Assembly: GCF_006345805.1 (NCBI RefSeq)
Contig: NC_043001.1
Coordinates: forward strand, 94,364,001 to 94,428,000
Reading direction: 5' to 3'
DNA length: 64,000 nt
Origin: Octopus sinensis
Lineage: Eukaryota
Part shown: in pieces, positions 24,770 through 38,610 of the stretch
Numbering within the stretch: position 1 is the first letter of the stretch
Layout: every line of letters starts with the position of its first letter
Translations under genes and position numbers: made by a program
Notes under the pieces: model-generated
Seen by the model: only the letters and a program-made list of their open reading frames with translations
Told to the model about the DNA's origin: nothing
Database searches by the model: none

Positions 24770-25338
24770 TGAGTGCTCGGAAATTTATGCCGCAGGCCAG
24801 GTAATAGTCGTTTCCTGGGAATGAAGACAAAGTCTTGGTTCTGGACTTGTGCAGCCCCAGGTTTCTTTGTGCTCTGGTGATCCTATTCTATGCGTAGGTG
24901 GAGGCACATCTATTGTTGCAACTACACTATGCAGGGCGGTCCTGTGCCTGCATTACACAGTTTTGCGGGTCGATTTGAGTGTAACTTAAAAGTACTTTTC
25001 CTTTTGGGTAGTAGTTTGTCAGACATTCCAACACGTTGGCCTGCCGACGTTGACAGCGCTCTCTTCAGCAAAGTGTACAAGCCCGGAGGATTAACTCAAG
25101 AGAGGACATTCCTGTCTCGAAACTTGTCAAGCTAGGTGATTTTCCTCAGCTTTCTTAGAAAGCTTATGCGATAGCTGTTCCGCCGTTTGGCGTGCCGTTC
25201 ATAAACCTTCCAAGTCTCGCAAGCATACAGTGTTTTAACAGTACAAGTGCTTGATATACCTTCAGCTTGGTGGTAAGCTTAATGCCTCTCATCTCCTAAA
25301 TTGCTTCACCTAGCTTCCCGAATGCTGGGCTAGCCATT
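24770..25338 (-). mobile_element. RTE-clade LINE, degraded ORF C-terminal fragment
   Basis: Translates with breaks as AFGKL..GIKLTTKLKVYQAL..LYACETWKVYERHAKR..FLRKLRKI..DK, typical of the post-RT region of RTE/BovB. Confidence 0.8.
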
Positions 25339-25366
25339 GTGATGCGGATACATAGTTATATACATA

Positions 25367-25452
<86 letters not shown>

Positions 25453-25517
25453 TATAATACATACACTACACACATACAATATAAGTACGTGTGCAATATA
25501 CATATTTATATACATAC

Positions 25518-25552
<35 letters not shown>

Positions 25553-25682
25553 ATAATATATATATATATATATTTATATTATATATATATATGAATATAT
25601 GTATATATATATATATATATATAATATAATACATACACTAACACACATACACATATAAGTACGTGTGTGTATACAATCTGAG

Positions 25683-25738
<56 letters not shown>

Positions 25739-26413
25739 TGTTCTTACACACATACTGCATATATAAGGAAGTGAGAGAGAGATAACAGTAAATACATGTA
25801 CGTACATGCATATAACATCATTATAGAGCTAAGATTAATATTACTTGACAGAGATAGATGAATTTCGTGCACACACAGTGAACTTATAATAGACCCCGCA
25901 GGCGAAGTGCCAAACAGTAGACAAGACGCATTGTTTTATGTGACGTTTTCGATTGCTGCGTGCGAATCCTATCTGTCAATTGCAGATGAAATTAATTTTA
26001 ATCTACATTTCACTAAGATAATGCGACTGCTTTTAATGATTTCTACCAGCCGTTCATCTAAGCAGAGGTTAGCCAGTGTGAAAAGCTGAGTATTCTAATT
26101 ATGAAGTTAATTTTTCGGTTAATATGAAAGACATGGCAATTAACGTTCACCAGTGATTAAAGAATGTTTTTCTTCTCACTTGTCAAAAATATTCTATGTT
26201 GTTGTGGAACCCCTGGGAGATAAACTACAACGACATCAACTGATTTTGTTTTACATATTTTTTTCCTCATTACAATTCACTGTTGGGAATGTACATATGT
26301 TCACATATGTGTCAACTTATATACATATATATATATCATTTGATTGTATGTATTTGTATATATAACTATATAGATATAAAACTATCAACACACGTGTATA
26401 TGTAAAGATGTAA

Positions 26414-26460
<47 letters not shown>

Positions 26461-26517
26461 ATACATTTGATGAATTGCTTGGGGACTTCTATCTCTAAAT
26501 CACACACACACACATAC

Positions 26518-26565
<48 letters not shown>

Positions 26566-26673
26566 CATACATACATACCTACTAGCACAGACATATACAT
26601 ATACATACACGCATGCATATATATATCTATATATGTCTGTCTATCTATCCATCTATATAAATAGGACATACAT

Positions 26674-26743
<70 letters not shown>

Positions 26744-27740
26744 TTTATACGCGATACATATTCATGCAGACTTCGTCACATATGTGTGCAGATATATATT
26801 CAGAGATGCAGAAGACATAAAGTTATGCTATTGTTGAACTATTAATTGAAGCGGATGTTGTGAACTACATGCGAAAAAAATGTTTGTTTGTAAACTCTTA
26901 GTAAGTCATCTCGAAGTAAATAACATTTCTAATAGTAATCAATTTATTTCTACAATAGAAAATCAACTGAATTTCATGGAAACTAAATTAAAGATATTTA
27001 CACTCTTTCATTCAAGAATTTCCAAAATGATAACATATACAAATTCTACATTTGGACGTTGTAATTGAAAATATAAAGTAAAACATTCGATATAATTACG
27101 ATGTTCTTCTTTGTTGCAAATCGTACCGTATGCAGTTCGTAAATACTTAGTGACACTTCGGGATATATGTCCTGAAGTGCTGTACTTAATATGTAGTTTA
27201 TTACATATATCATTTTATAGCGGAGACAGGAGCAGGTAATCTTTGTTATTAACACCTCAAAATCTTATATTTCTAACATAAAACCTGAAACGTCAAGTTT
27301 TATGTTTCTTGTATATTGGCTATAACATATTTATTGTCTTTATAATTTATATTTCTATCCAGCTCGTATAACTTTGTTTCATCTTTAAATATATATTAAC
27401 AGGTGGGGTTTAATCAGAAAGATACACTGACTTGAATACACACACACACAACCACACACACAAGCGTGCACCCACACACATATAATCATTTATATTCTCA
27501 GTACATTATAAATACATTATATCCATTATTTACATTTCTGCTCACGAACATCAGACTGAAAAGTTTCAAGAAATTTACGTATGTACTTTCGTGCTCCTTA
27601 TTTGCCAGTTCTATTTTATATCAACTTTATCAAAAATGTTATAAAATTACCATAAGACTATTGGCTATGCCATATACGACGCAGACACTCACGCACACAC
27701 ACCACACACACATGCATACACTAAGTCAGTCACATATATA

Positions 27741-28090
27741 TTCGAGGTGGTATCAAGATGTTGCCGGACTAGTTTTGTAGCACGCCAGTGATGGCAGGAT
27801 GAGATTGCGTGAGCTTAGAGAGCTACTATAAATATTCATAGGCCAAAAACAATATGGTATCGCATCTGCACCCTCCCTATTTTCCAGATGTAGCACCTGC
27901 AGACTTCCATCTCTTCCCCAAATGAAAATGTAATTCAAACGTCACCGTTGAGGAGATGAAGAATAAATCGCAGGACCTCCTCGATAAGCTTACGGAAGGC
28001 GACATCCAAGCCAGATTTCAAAAGTGGCAGGATGGCTGAAACCGGAGTGTTGCGATGCAAGGTGACTATTTTGAAGGAAATGATGTTAAA
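27741..28090 (+). mobile_element. Internally deleted mariner element
   Basis: HPPYFPDVAPADFHLFPK and FQKWQDG*NRSVAMQGDYFEG match the mariner C-terminus; TA plus TIR-like CGAGG..TATCAAGATGTTGCCGGACT at the 5' end. Confidence 0.75.
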
Positions 28091-28254
28091 AGTTAGGTAG
28101 GAGTGGCTGTGTGGTAAGTAGCTTGATTTTCTGTTAATCGATTCATAAATCAAATCGATATGATATCAAAACGATCTATGAAATAAAGGTCAGCATATCT
28201 TTCTCAAGGAACACCTACTCTGTGAAATATTATAGAAAAGAGATCAGTTAAACT

Positions 28255-28381
28255 GTAGTAGTATTAGTAGTAGTAGTAATAATAGTGGTAATGGTGGTGG
28301 GGGTGGGGGTAATGGTAGTGGTAGTAGTAGTAGTCGTAGTAGTGGTATTGGTTGTGGTGGTGGTGGCGTTAATGCTAGTGT

Positions 28382-28463
<82 letters not shown>

Positions 28464-28515
28464 CGTGGTGGTGGTCGGGGTAATGCTAGTGTTAGTAGTA
28501 GTATTAGTAGTTGTA
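28255..28515. repeat. (AGT)n/(GGT)n microsatellite
   Basis: Direct trinucleotide array. Confidence 0.9.
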
Positions 28516-28583
28516 ATAGTTTCCTGAGTATTGATAGATGATTTAAGTCCAAGCTAGAAGAACATATGAAGAATATATTCATA

Positions 28584-28783
28584 CGGAGGCGTGCTGAAAA
28601 GTTCCTGGAAAGAAAAGAAAATAGGATCAGTTAAATTTTATTTTACTTAACATATTTCACTCACACATTAATAGCAGCGGTCCTTCAGTTCTTGTAAGCC
28701 CTGTAAAAGAACGCGGAAGTTTGGGCCACCAACCCAGCCTTTCACGATGCCATTAAAGCCTGGGACTTGTCGACAGTCCCTCG
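28584..28783 (-). mobile_element. 200-bp mariner-derived MITE, TA-flanked
   Basis: TA-CGGAGGCGTGCTGAAAAGTTCCTGG at left and AGCCTGGGACTTGTCGACAGTCCCTCG-TA at right; minus strand LLQGLQELKDRCY resembles the mariner C-terminus. Confidence 0.65.
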
Positions 28784-28997
28784 TATATGAATTTATGTAT
28801 TTCTGTATGTGAAAATAAAAGGAGAGGTATTCCTGTTCCATTGGCAAATACAAAGAATGATTTCGAGTTACTTAGTATACGATTTCAGAGTATATTTTTA
28901 AATAATAGCTCAAACAAGAATGGTGATTTCACCATATAAATTGCCAGCGAAAGTTTCTGATATACTAGTGTTGCGTAATATATTGGTGCGCTGATTT

Positions 28998-29136
28998 GAT
29001 AATAATAATAATAATAATAATAAAAATAATAATATTAATAATAATAATAACAACAAAAACAACAACATCGAAAAATAATAATGCTGTTATTATTATTATT
29101 ATTATTATTATATTATTATTATTATTATTATTATTA

Positions 29137-29210
<74 letters not shown>
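28998..29210. repeat. (AAT)n/(AAC)n switching to (ATT)n microsatellite
   Basis: Direct reading; orientation switches near 29085. Confidence 0.9.
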
Positions 29211-29211
<1 letters not shown>

Positions 29212-29989
29212 ATACTGAAATTTCCAACAAATTTCCAACAAATGTAAAGTATGTATTTGTAGATGAAATGCTGGCTCAACCTGCGAGTGAAGGACGCTGG
29301 AATCAATACTGTCAACTGCATATAAACGCACACAGACAGATATACAGACTCCACCTCACACAAACACAAGCCACAATACATGACATGCTTTCTGTATGAA
29401 TCGTTGGGCGTGTGTGGTTGTACTTGTGTGTCCGTAACAGTGCACGTATGTGTGTACAGAAATGTCTATTTATGAGGGTAAATCCGTGACGGCGTGTACT
29501 TGAGTGCTTACATCTGCATAAACTTATTTCCTTAGGACATTGATATATTTTATTACTGTGAGACTGTGCTAATCATTCCTACTTCTAGATCTGATGAAAG
29601 CTTTCGATTCGTATCGTTTTGTCTCGTGTTCAACTGGTATTTTGATTTCTTATCCACACTTCTCTTTCCTGATCGGTAGGGTCTGATATGAGAAAATAAG
29701 TGTTGCATATATTTTTTGCAGCTTCGGAGGCAGGGTTCCCAGGTCGGTCCGTAATCGGCAAATGTATCTTTCTGAAGAAATCTAAACATATTTTTCGTTT
29801 CTTCCTAAGTACTTGAAAATTATGCTTAAGAGCCATTTCATTGCAGCCACATATAAGAAACACGTACAGGACAACAATGTATGGATTATGACAATACACG
29901 TACGTGTGTTTTTCTCATTATATATATACATATATAAATATACAGTTCTATATTTAAGAGTGGAGGAAATATGTACCTTATTTATATTA

Positions 29990-30110
29990 TTTTCATTATT
30001 TGTCCTCATCTTGTTTGTTGTTATTTACCCACCTGCCTTCTTCAGGTTTCTTGGGTAAATTTCGGACCTGGGTTCTCATTCCTAAGGTATTTTTCGATGT
30101 TGTGGTTGTT
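29990..30110 (-). repeat. Penelope-like repeat fragment with the 5' half of a hammerhead core
   Basis: Reverse complement: AACATCGAAAAATACCTTAGGAATGAGAACCCAGG..AAAC-CTGAAGA-A-GGC; stem II partner and GAAA are missing; Penelope assignment is inference. Confidence 0.4.
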
Positions 30111-30138
30111 GTTGTTGTTGTTGCTGTTGTTGTTGTTG

Positions 30139-30207
<69 letters not shown>

Positions 30208-30356
30208 TATTATTATTATTATTATTATTATTTGTTGGAGTTAGTAGACTGCGGTCTTAACCTCTACGCCATATGCCCACGGTTATAGTAACCCATTACA
30301 GCACTTACCTAGCGTACCTAATCCTTTAGATCACGCGTGAACTAAATCTCCATATT

Positions 30357-30398
<42 letters not shown>

Positions 30399-30506
30399 CT
30401 CATATGTATATATGGGCACATATATATACTATATACATATATATATATATATATATATAAATAGAAATATATATATATATATATACATACATGTCTATAT
30501 ATGTAT

Positions 30507-30610
<104 letters not shown>

Positions 30611-32763
30611 GCAGGTAGATATTAGGTGAGAATGAGAAAGAGGAATGTGAGTGACAGAATGGGGAATATTGATTAGAAGATATTAAGTGTGATACAACGA
30701 AACAATATGAAAGATATACATTTTCTACGTAAACATTTTTACTCTGATGCCAGAAAAAAAAATTGATCACACAGATATCAATTATCTTTCGCTTCATCTA
30801 GAATCAACAAAAAGCATGATAGCTTATAACCACAAGATTGCATGCATGTTAATTGAAAAATCATTTGAGATAAAATACAGTCTACTAGTGGAAATTGCTA
30901 GCATGTTTTACAGTTTGAAAATCCTCCCTTCTTGTTAAAAATTGGTTTCCAGAAGCTCCAACAAATGAAAACTTAAACGAGTGATCATAATAACAATCAG
31001 GGTTGTATGAATGATATTTCATAATATATTTATACTTACAAATTTCTTCTACACCTCTGATGAAAATAAAAGTTGTTCTGTATTAGCAACTGAGTGGAAT
31101 ATACTAATTGTAATTGTAGTAATTCCTTTGTCTTATCTTTCTGTGTAAACTTTGCGTTCATTTCATGTTGTTATAACTATAACTAAATCCCGTAAGAGCT
31201 ACAATACTGACATCCATTGCTCAATACCTATGATTTAACCCTCTCTTGGGTAACACGCTTTATTTCCTACCTGATTCTCTTTTAATCACATCTTTTCAAG
31301 TTTTGCTGCTTGATTAGTTCAGTAATCCCGAAATATATGAGAGTTTGTATTTGAATTACTATTTTATCCTGTTTTTTCCTGGTTTTTAATCAAGTATGTC
31401 AATAATATGTTCTCATTTATCAATGCAGCAACATGAGCAAATTCGGCAAATACTTCTTGGTGTTTCACTTATTATATGAGTCACATTTTTGTGATAAATT
31501 ACTGTCTATATTTCACGGTTTAGTTTGTTCGTAGGTAGGTGCAATTCTAATTTGTTCTTTGTAGAATGAGCTGTGACATATGAGACAACAAACGTCTACC
31601 TATAAGAGATACATTCATGTTTTGTATCTGAGACATACCAATGTATATAATTTATGTTTACGTGAGGTTTCAAAATGCTTGAAACATAGGTTTGGGGTGT
31701 ATATATCCGGTGCATTTCCAGTTTTCCATTGAATTTAGCGCCACACCTAGAGCAGCAGCTTCTATTACATCCCAATAGTATTTATGGTTTTAACTTTTTT
31801 GTAAATAAATTCTCATCAAATTACATTTAATTCTTTTCATATCAGCGCTATGCCAACTTCTATAATAATCCGTTTACGTTATAAACAATTGTACGATGTG
31901 GAGTTAAATTATGTATTGTCATCAACGTTGTTGAATCATTTCTTAAGGATGTCTTTTGCGTAATAAAGTGGAATATATGTTCGTAGTTTAGAGTGTTGCA
32001 TTATTTTGTTGTTTGTGCTATTTATCCAATGTTTAAAACGTTTTTTTTCGTTTAATTCAGTGATCGAATCGATGATTTCTATAATGATAGTGAACATTTC
32101 CTCTGTTTCGCTCTTGAATTTCATTGATCCATGTGATAGCATTTACTTATTTGTTAGTGATTATATTTGAGTTATGCCTGCAATATATACTATATCTCCT
32201 CGTGTTTTTGACGTTCATATGTATTCACTAAATCTACGTAAGCAAAATCTCATTTTTTTTCTCGCTAAATTTTATCATTTGGAGTGTTCCTTTGTTCTAT
32301 AGGAAGATACTGTATCGATAATATTTCTTAAACTATTTTCACTTTTATATTACTTACATAATCAATATGTTCAACTGCTGAAATATTTTTTGTTAAATCT
32401 TATTCATATTCCCTAACAATCGTGTTTCCTTTGTGTCACTGTGTTTCTATTTTTACGTGATTCTCATTGAGAGTTCCTTATGTTTTTTTTAAAAGATATT
32501 TTGTATTTTCATAATGGCTTACCTCTGTTACTGATTTGCATCTTCAATAAACTTTAATGTATTATATTCTAGATGTTTGTATTTGATATTTTTGTGTGCT
32601 AGTACATTTTGTGTTACATTTCCCTGTGATCTGCTATTACGTCTCAAATAATACCGGTTTTGAAAAAAAAAGCCGTCTCAAACAAGCTTGTCTTTTGGGA
32701 TTCATATTTAGATATAAATCAGATAAATGCTCCCTACACATGCGCATGCACAATCAGAGGCTT

Positions 32764-32800
<37 letters not shown>

Positions 32801-33535
32801 ACACACACAGACATACTTGTGCGTGCGCATATATATATTACGTACTCGATCGTTGTATATACACACGTCTTACATTTCACTACCATTCTTTCCATTACAT
32901 GACGAGTTTTCTAGTTACGGCTACGCAGATATTTCAATACGCAGTTCTTTTCATATAATATAGTTTTTATTTCTATTGTATGTTCTTTCTTGTATGGGGA
33001 CAAATGCGACTAGACCACTCAGTTGCTGAGCTTCATTTAAAATAATTATTTGTGGGGTTTAACTAACCTCTCAAGGAACCTTTGCCTCTATAATGTTTCA
33101 GCACTCTGTTAACACATTTTCCAATTTCACTCTTTATTTCATCAACTTAGATATCAATGAATAGTCGTAATTTCTTTACGTTGATCATCATCATCTTTAT
33201 ATTTCACCAACTAAATAGCTCTGTTATGTATTTGTTTCATTACTAAGAACAATGAACGATACTATAACAGGCAAAATCTTATTGGAATCTTACACATACA
33301 GACTAAACAACAAGTCAACGAGTAAAAATCATGACCTTAATTGTGGGTATATTTTAGACGGGCACATAGGCAACAAAGTGTGAACAATAACTGAAATTAT
33401 TGTGAAGAGAATTCCAAATATATGATTGTCTTACAGAATCCTTTAGTTCAGAGAATATTTTGGTCACTAAAAGGGTCTTCTCCCGGGAACATTAAACCTC
33501 GAAACATAAGATGTATTTTCTTCCCTACACTTACC

Positions 33536-33692
33536 TATTTCTTTACTACCCACGAGGGGCTAAACATAGAGAGGACAAACAAGGAGAGGCAAACAGATTA
33601 AGTCGATTATATCGACCCCAGTGCGTAACTGGTACTTATATAATCGACTCAGAAAGGATGAAAGACAAAGTCGACCTCGGCGGAATTTGAAC
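33536..33692 (-). mobile_element. 5'-truncated SINE family B with 18-bp target-site duplication
   Basis: TTCTTCCCTACACTTACC at 33518-33535 and 33695-33712 flanks the SINE. Confidence 0.9.
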
Positions 33693-35152
33693 ACTTCTTC
33701 CCTACACTTACCAATTTATATAATTTCAGTAACCACGTGCTTACAGTTTATGTTGTTTGAAAAATGTCAAAGTTTTTTTTTTAACTTTTGCGTTAACATT
33801 ACTGAAAAACAAATATTTTCTGTAATTCCTCTGATCATGATATACATAGGGTTATACTGTCCATCGTATTCCTATTATAACATATTTTCCTTAGAGGGAT
33901 GTTTGTCTAATACTCATAGCAGTTGATGCAACAGCGGAGAACTTCTCTCGTGGACGCATTCCTATGTGAGTTCTTGCTGCAATCCCCATATTAAAGGTTG
34001 TTCCAAAACTCGAAATATATCAGTTTCTAAGATAATTCTTCTATAAATTATGAGCCTTTGTCAGAACAAATGATACGTTACGTTGAACTAAAAATTATAT
34101 TATTCGGAAATTCGTTGGCATCGAAAGACCGAGAAAACGTTTCTATTGAAAGCTGAATGATAGCGTGTATTATAAGACGTTTGGTTTTAAAATTATTAGT
34201 GTTGAATGACTAATGAGTTCAGGATATGCTGTTAATTATTAGACACCGGTTGTTGAAGATATTTTAGCATTCCATGCGATGAGATCGTAGCCTATTGATC
34301 TTGAGCCAGAAGAATAATGATGACAAAAGTATATCAGATTCCGAAGTCAAATAAATCATGCTGAGAATCACCCAAGAGATTGGTGTTATTAAGGATCTAC
34401 GCAGAACGGTTCGCTTGAATAAGTGATTTATTGTGAAGTACACAGTCATTTATTAAATATCAGCTGAAATTCTTATACTTAGCGTTTCTTTAAAACGTCT
34501 CGTACAGAAATATTTGGACTAAAAAGCAATCTAGAAAGCTCTTAATAACCATGTTGTCGGATTATCGAAAAGGAAACAAACAACCATCTGATTACTTATA
34601 TAGAGAAATGGACTTCGGAGGAGAATTTTATTCCCTGCACGTAAAGGGAAAATCAGATCTTTTCTGATGCTTGTATTCTCATCCATCGAGTGAAAAATTA
34701 TACTCGCCATAGTAAACGGACTTTATATAACAGGTTTGTCCCAACATTGATTTAAAATAATACCAGCAAGTGATATGTATAATTACACTCACTCACCGAC
34801 ACCCATACTTTTTGTGTAAATCACCCCCACTAACTCATGTACACATGTATGTGTTTGTCTGCTTGTCTGTCTGTGTATAAAACCACAGTTTCGCACATAA
34901 ATAGCTGTATTATTTTAGGATTATCAAAGTTGACACAACATGGCTGAAAGAAGTGATAGAAAAAGATAAATTCTGTCTTCATAAAGAAGTTTCAAACGAA
35001 ACGAGTTGTACTGTAATAACTACATCACAAATTTCCAGAAAAGTTATTGGCAATATCTAAACGAAGTTCCTTCGTTCATTTAATGTGGTTTTGCTATTTT
35101 CGTAATCACTAATGTCCTTAACACAAATATAATTGGAAGAAGATATGAAATA

Positions 35153-35530
35153 GGCATAGGAGTTGCTGTGTGATAAGTAGCTTGCTTACAAACCACGTGG
35201 CTCCGGTTTTAGTTCCACTGCCTGTCACCTTGGGCAAGTGTCTTCTTCTATAACCTCAGGCCGACCAAAGACTTTTGAGTGGATTTGGTAGACGGAAACT
35301 GAAAGTAGCCCGTCGTATATATGTTTACATATGTATGTGTATATGTTTGTGTGTCTGTGTTTATCCCACCCCCAAAATCACTTGATAACTGATACTGGCG
35401 TGTTTACGTCCTCGTAACTTAGCGGTTCGGCAAAAGAGACGGATAGAATAAGTACTAGGCTTAGAAAGAATAAGTAAGGCGGTGCTCAAGCATAGCCACA
35501 GTCAAATGATTGAAACAAGTTTAAGAGTAA
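35153..35530 (+). mobile_element. SINE family A, full length
   Basis: Same head, centre and tail as 7313-7675. Confidence 0.9.
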
Positions 35531-35799
35531 GTCATGGATTTCACAAATATAATATTTTGCAATGTTTACATATGTACATAATGTAAAAACTTAAGAAATA
35601 TTTTGTCATTTCTTAACAAAAATTATTAGAATCATAATTAGACAAGCTTTACTTGGCTCTGCACACATATGTACAATACTTTTAGTACAGCTGAAAGTAG
35701 ATAAACAGTAAAGATAGACATGCACATACCAAAAGCGCTCAGGGTTACATTAGATTTGTATTGATGGGTGAGGGGCAAAATTACGCCTACTTAGAATTA

Positions 35800-35849
35800 C
35801 AGCAACATCAACAACAACAACACCAACAAAAACAACAACAACAACAACA

Positions 35850-35908
<59 letters not shown>

Positions 35909-35915
35909 AACTACA
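35800..35915. repeat. (AAC)n(TAC)n compound microsatellite
   Basis: Direct reading. Confidence 0.9.
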
Positions 35916-36760
35916 AGAATATTAGTAATAAACGTATGATTAATTCAGAACTATGATTTATTAGATATATTTATTATTCTTATATCAATGAGCATTTTTC
36001 TTTATTTTGTTCAATTGTTATTTTTTATTATTTTCTATTCTTTGACTTAATAAATAATTATAGTAATTCAATAATGAAAATACATAGAATAATTTAATGG
36101 CTTACAATTAGCTGATATATATGTCATAATCATTTACTGTTGGAGGGCTGCATGAACTCAAGTAAAGGAAATTTAGATAAAATATTGGAAATTGAGATCA
36201 AGGAAATGCTTAGATGTTAAAATCAATGCTCGATATAAATTAGTGTTTAAATGCAAGTACTTAAATATGACCTAAATAATAGAAATAATAATTTAGCCAT
36301 TAGCGCAGAGAACACATACTTTGAAGAACAGTGAAATATATTTAAAAGAGAAAATTAAAAACATCATAATTGAAAGCACAAGAGATTGAAAATATCAAAG
36401 AGAAATGACATTTTGCTAGGCATAAAATCGGGATTGGATATTAATGTAATTTCTAGAGGGGGTACAAATGCAGAAGAGTAATTAATAAGAATACTATTTA
36501 GAGATGAAAAAAAACAATGGAGAATTATTCGTTATACACTGGTTTGTACTATTTTGAAAAGATTATGAAACGACGAACAGTCAGGGTATTTAGGTTATCG
36601 GATAAATATCATAAGGTATTTGCTCCAGCGCATTATATTCTGCTAAAATTATAGTAAAGTTACCTTTACGTTGCTTCATTTTTGAGTCTATATAACTATC
36701 TACATGTTCAAACTTGTCATTGATATTGTTAGATTTTTAGTAGAAACTATGACATTACAA

Positions 36761-36935
36761 CCAGCCAGGCAAAGTCTTCGCTACCTTTGCGGCACCTGCC
36801 AGAGGGAGTGTTTGTCCTGGATAGGACTACACAGCCATAGCAGGAGATGTATTAGGACATGAAATGTAAAAGCCGGACTAGATTATTTTATGCGCAACTC
36901 CATTGTCTCCCGAGACCATAAGGATGTCAACAACA
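36761..36935 (+). mobile_element. RTE-type LINE extreme 3' end
   Basis: YLCGTCQRECLSWIGLHSHSRRC matches the C-terminal zinc-finger-like motif of RTE ORFs, followed by a short UTR CCATTGTCTCCCGAGAC..GGATG and AAC repeats. Confidence 0.7.
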
Positions 36936-38136
36936 ATAATTGTTAGATTTTTTTTAGGAGAATGACGTTATTTCTTGAAGTAATTTGCGTTCTAATAAGG
37001 ATGAGTGGGGACGTGTAATTGCACTTGTCTGTTATCAGTTACGTTGAGGCCTTTCACGCAAGAACGTATAAGGTATATAACCCGAAACTACTATAAACTA
37101 TATGAAATACAGAGAGAACGTACTACTGAAACTACAATTGTTGGCTAGTTTAACACATGGGCGAGAAAGGTGGAACACTGGAAGGAAAGAAACGTAAGAG
37201 AGAAGGAAAAAAGTAAGAGCCTCCGCTGTTGTAATTGCTGAAGTTTCCTAGGTCAGTTAAAGTTAAAATAACGGACAGCCGCACCAGAAATAAACTAACA
37301 CACTTAGACTGTTATAGGAATATATGAAAGTATTGAGGGAATTCAAACATGGCAGTGCTCATGATACTTTTACAGGCATCTAGAAACGTTCGAAAACATA
37401 CATTGACGCAAAGAACACTTTCTGAGAACAGACGCAAACATCGATACAATTCAGAGGTGAGGCCAATGAAGATGCATTATACCGCATGTGAAGTTAATAA
37501 ATCTAAACAGTATTCAGTACGTAACTCATATAAATATTGCGGAAAGTAAATCATATGCGCAATTCTCGTTTAGCGACCCTTTGAACAGATGCCTTCAAAT
37601 TTATCATTTATTAAGAGCGGAAAAACAGAATTTAAGCATCGCTGTTTTATAACAATAATGTCAAATGTCATAAAACAAATTTATAAATACAAAGGTATCA
37701 TTGTCTTTACTGAAAATGAAGAAAACATCGTGTATAATCATTCACATGATTATACATGTGAGTACTAGTATTATGAAGGAGAAAGATGCTAGCGTATATC
37801 AGGATATGAAGTTGTCAAGCGTAAAATTGAAATTTGTGGACGTGATAGAATACGAAATAAATATCAGTATTATTAGCATATACATGAATGATATATATGT
37901 AAGAAATATTTTCCCTAGGATATGAAAAGCAACTCTCAAATTACACTTCTAAATATGACCATGTAGAAGACAGTAAGAATATAGCGAAGATTGTTGAGAT
38001 GCAAGGTATACTGGAAATTAATTTATCATGAATGCCCTGCGAGGCAATATTGCAACTTGTAATTCAATATAGAATGTTTATGATAGTTTCCTAAATCTCA
38101 ATAATGGTGACGACGATGGCGATGGTGATTATGATG

Positions 38137-38183
<47 letters not shown>

Positions 38184-38461
38184 TAATAATAATAATGATA
38201 AGGATGATGATGATGATAGTAATAATTTCTATTTTTTGCCATAGGGACGTCTATTGAGAAGGACAGGACAAGGACAGTTTACATTTTATGTAGGCATTTA
38301 CAGGAACAGATGCGGTGGAATGTGTGAGCGAGGGTGAGAGCTGAGATTAAATGTATCTATAATATACATGATCTCAATAATAATAACTATGATAATAATA
38401 ATAATAATAATAACAACAACAACAATAATAATAATAATGATAATATTAGTGATGATAATGG

Positions 38462-38504
<43 letters not shown>

Positions 38505-38529
38505 AATAATAATAATAATGATGATGATG

Positions 38530-38610
<81 letters not shown>

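Noticed and set aside
29575-29615. LLDLMKAFDS resembling the RT motif DxxKAFD
   Set aside because: No flanking RT motifs in any frame; probably chance or too decayed to call.
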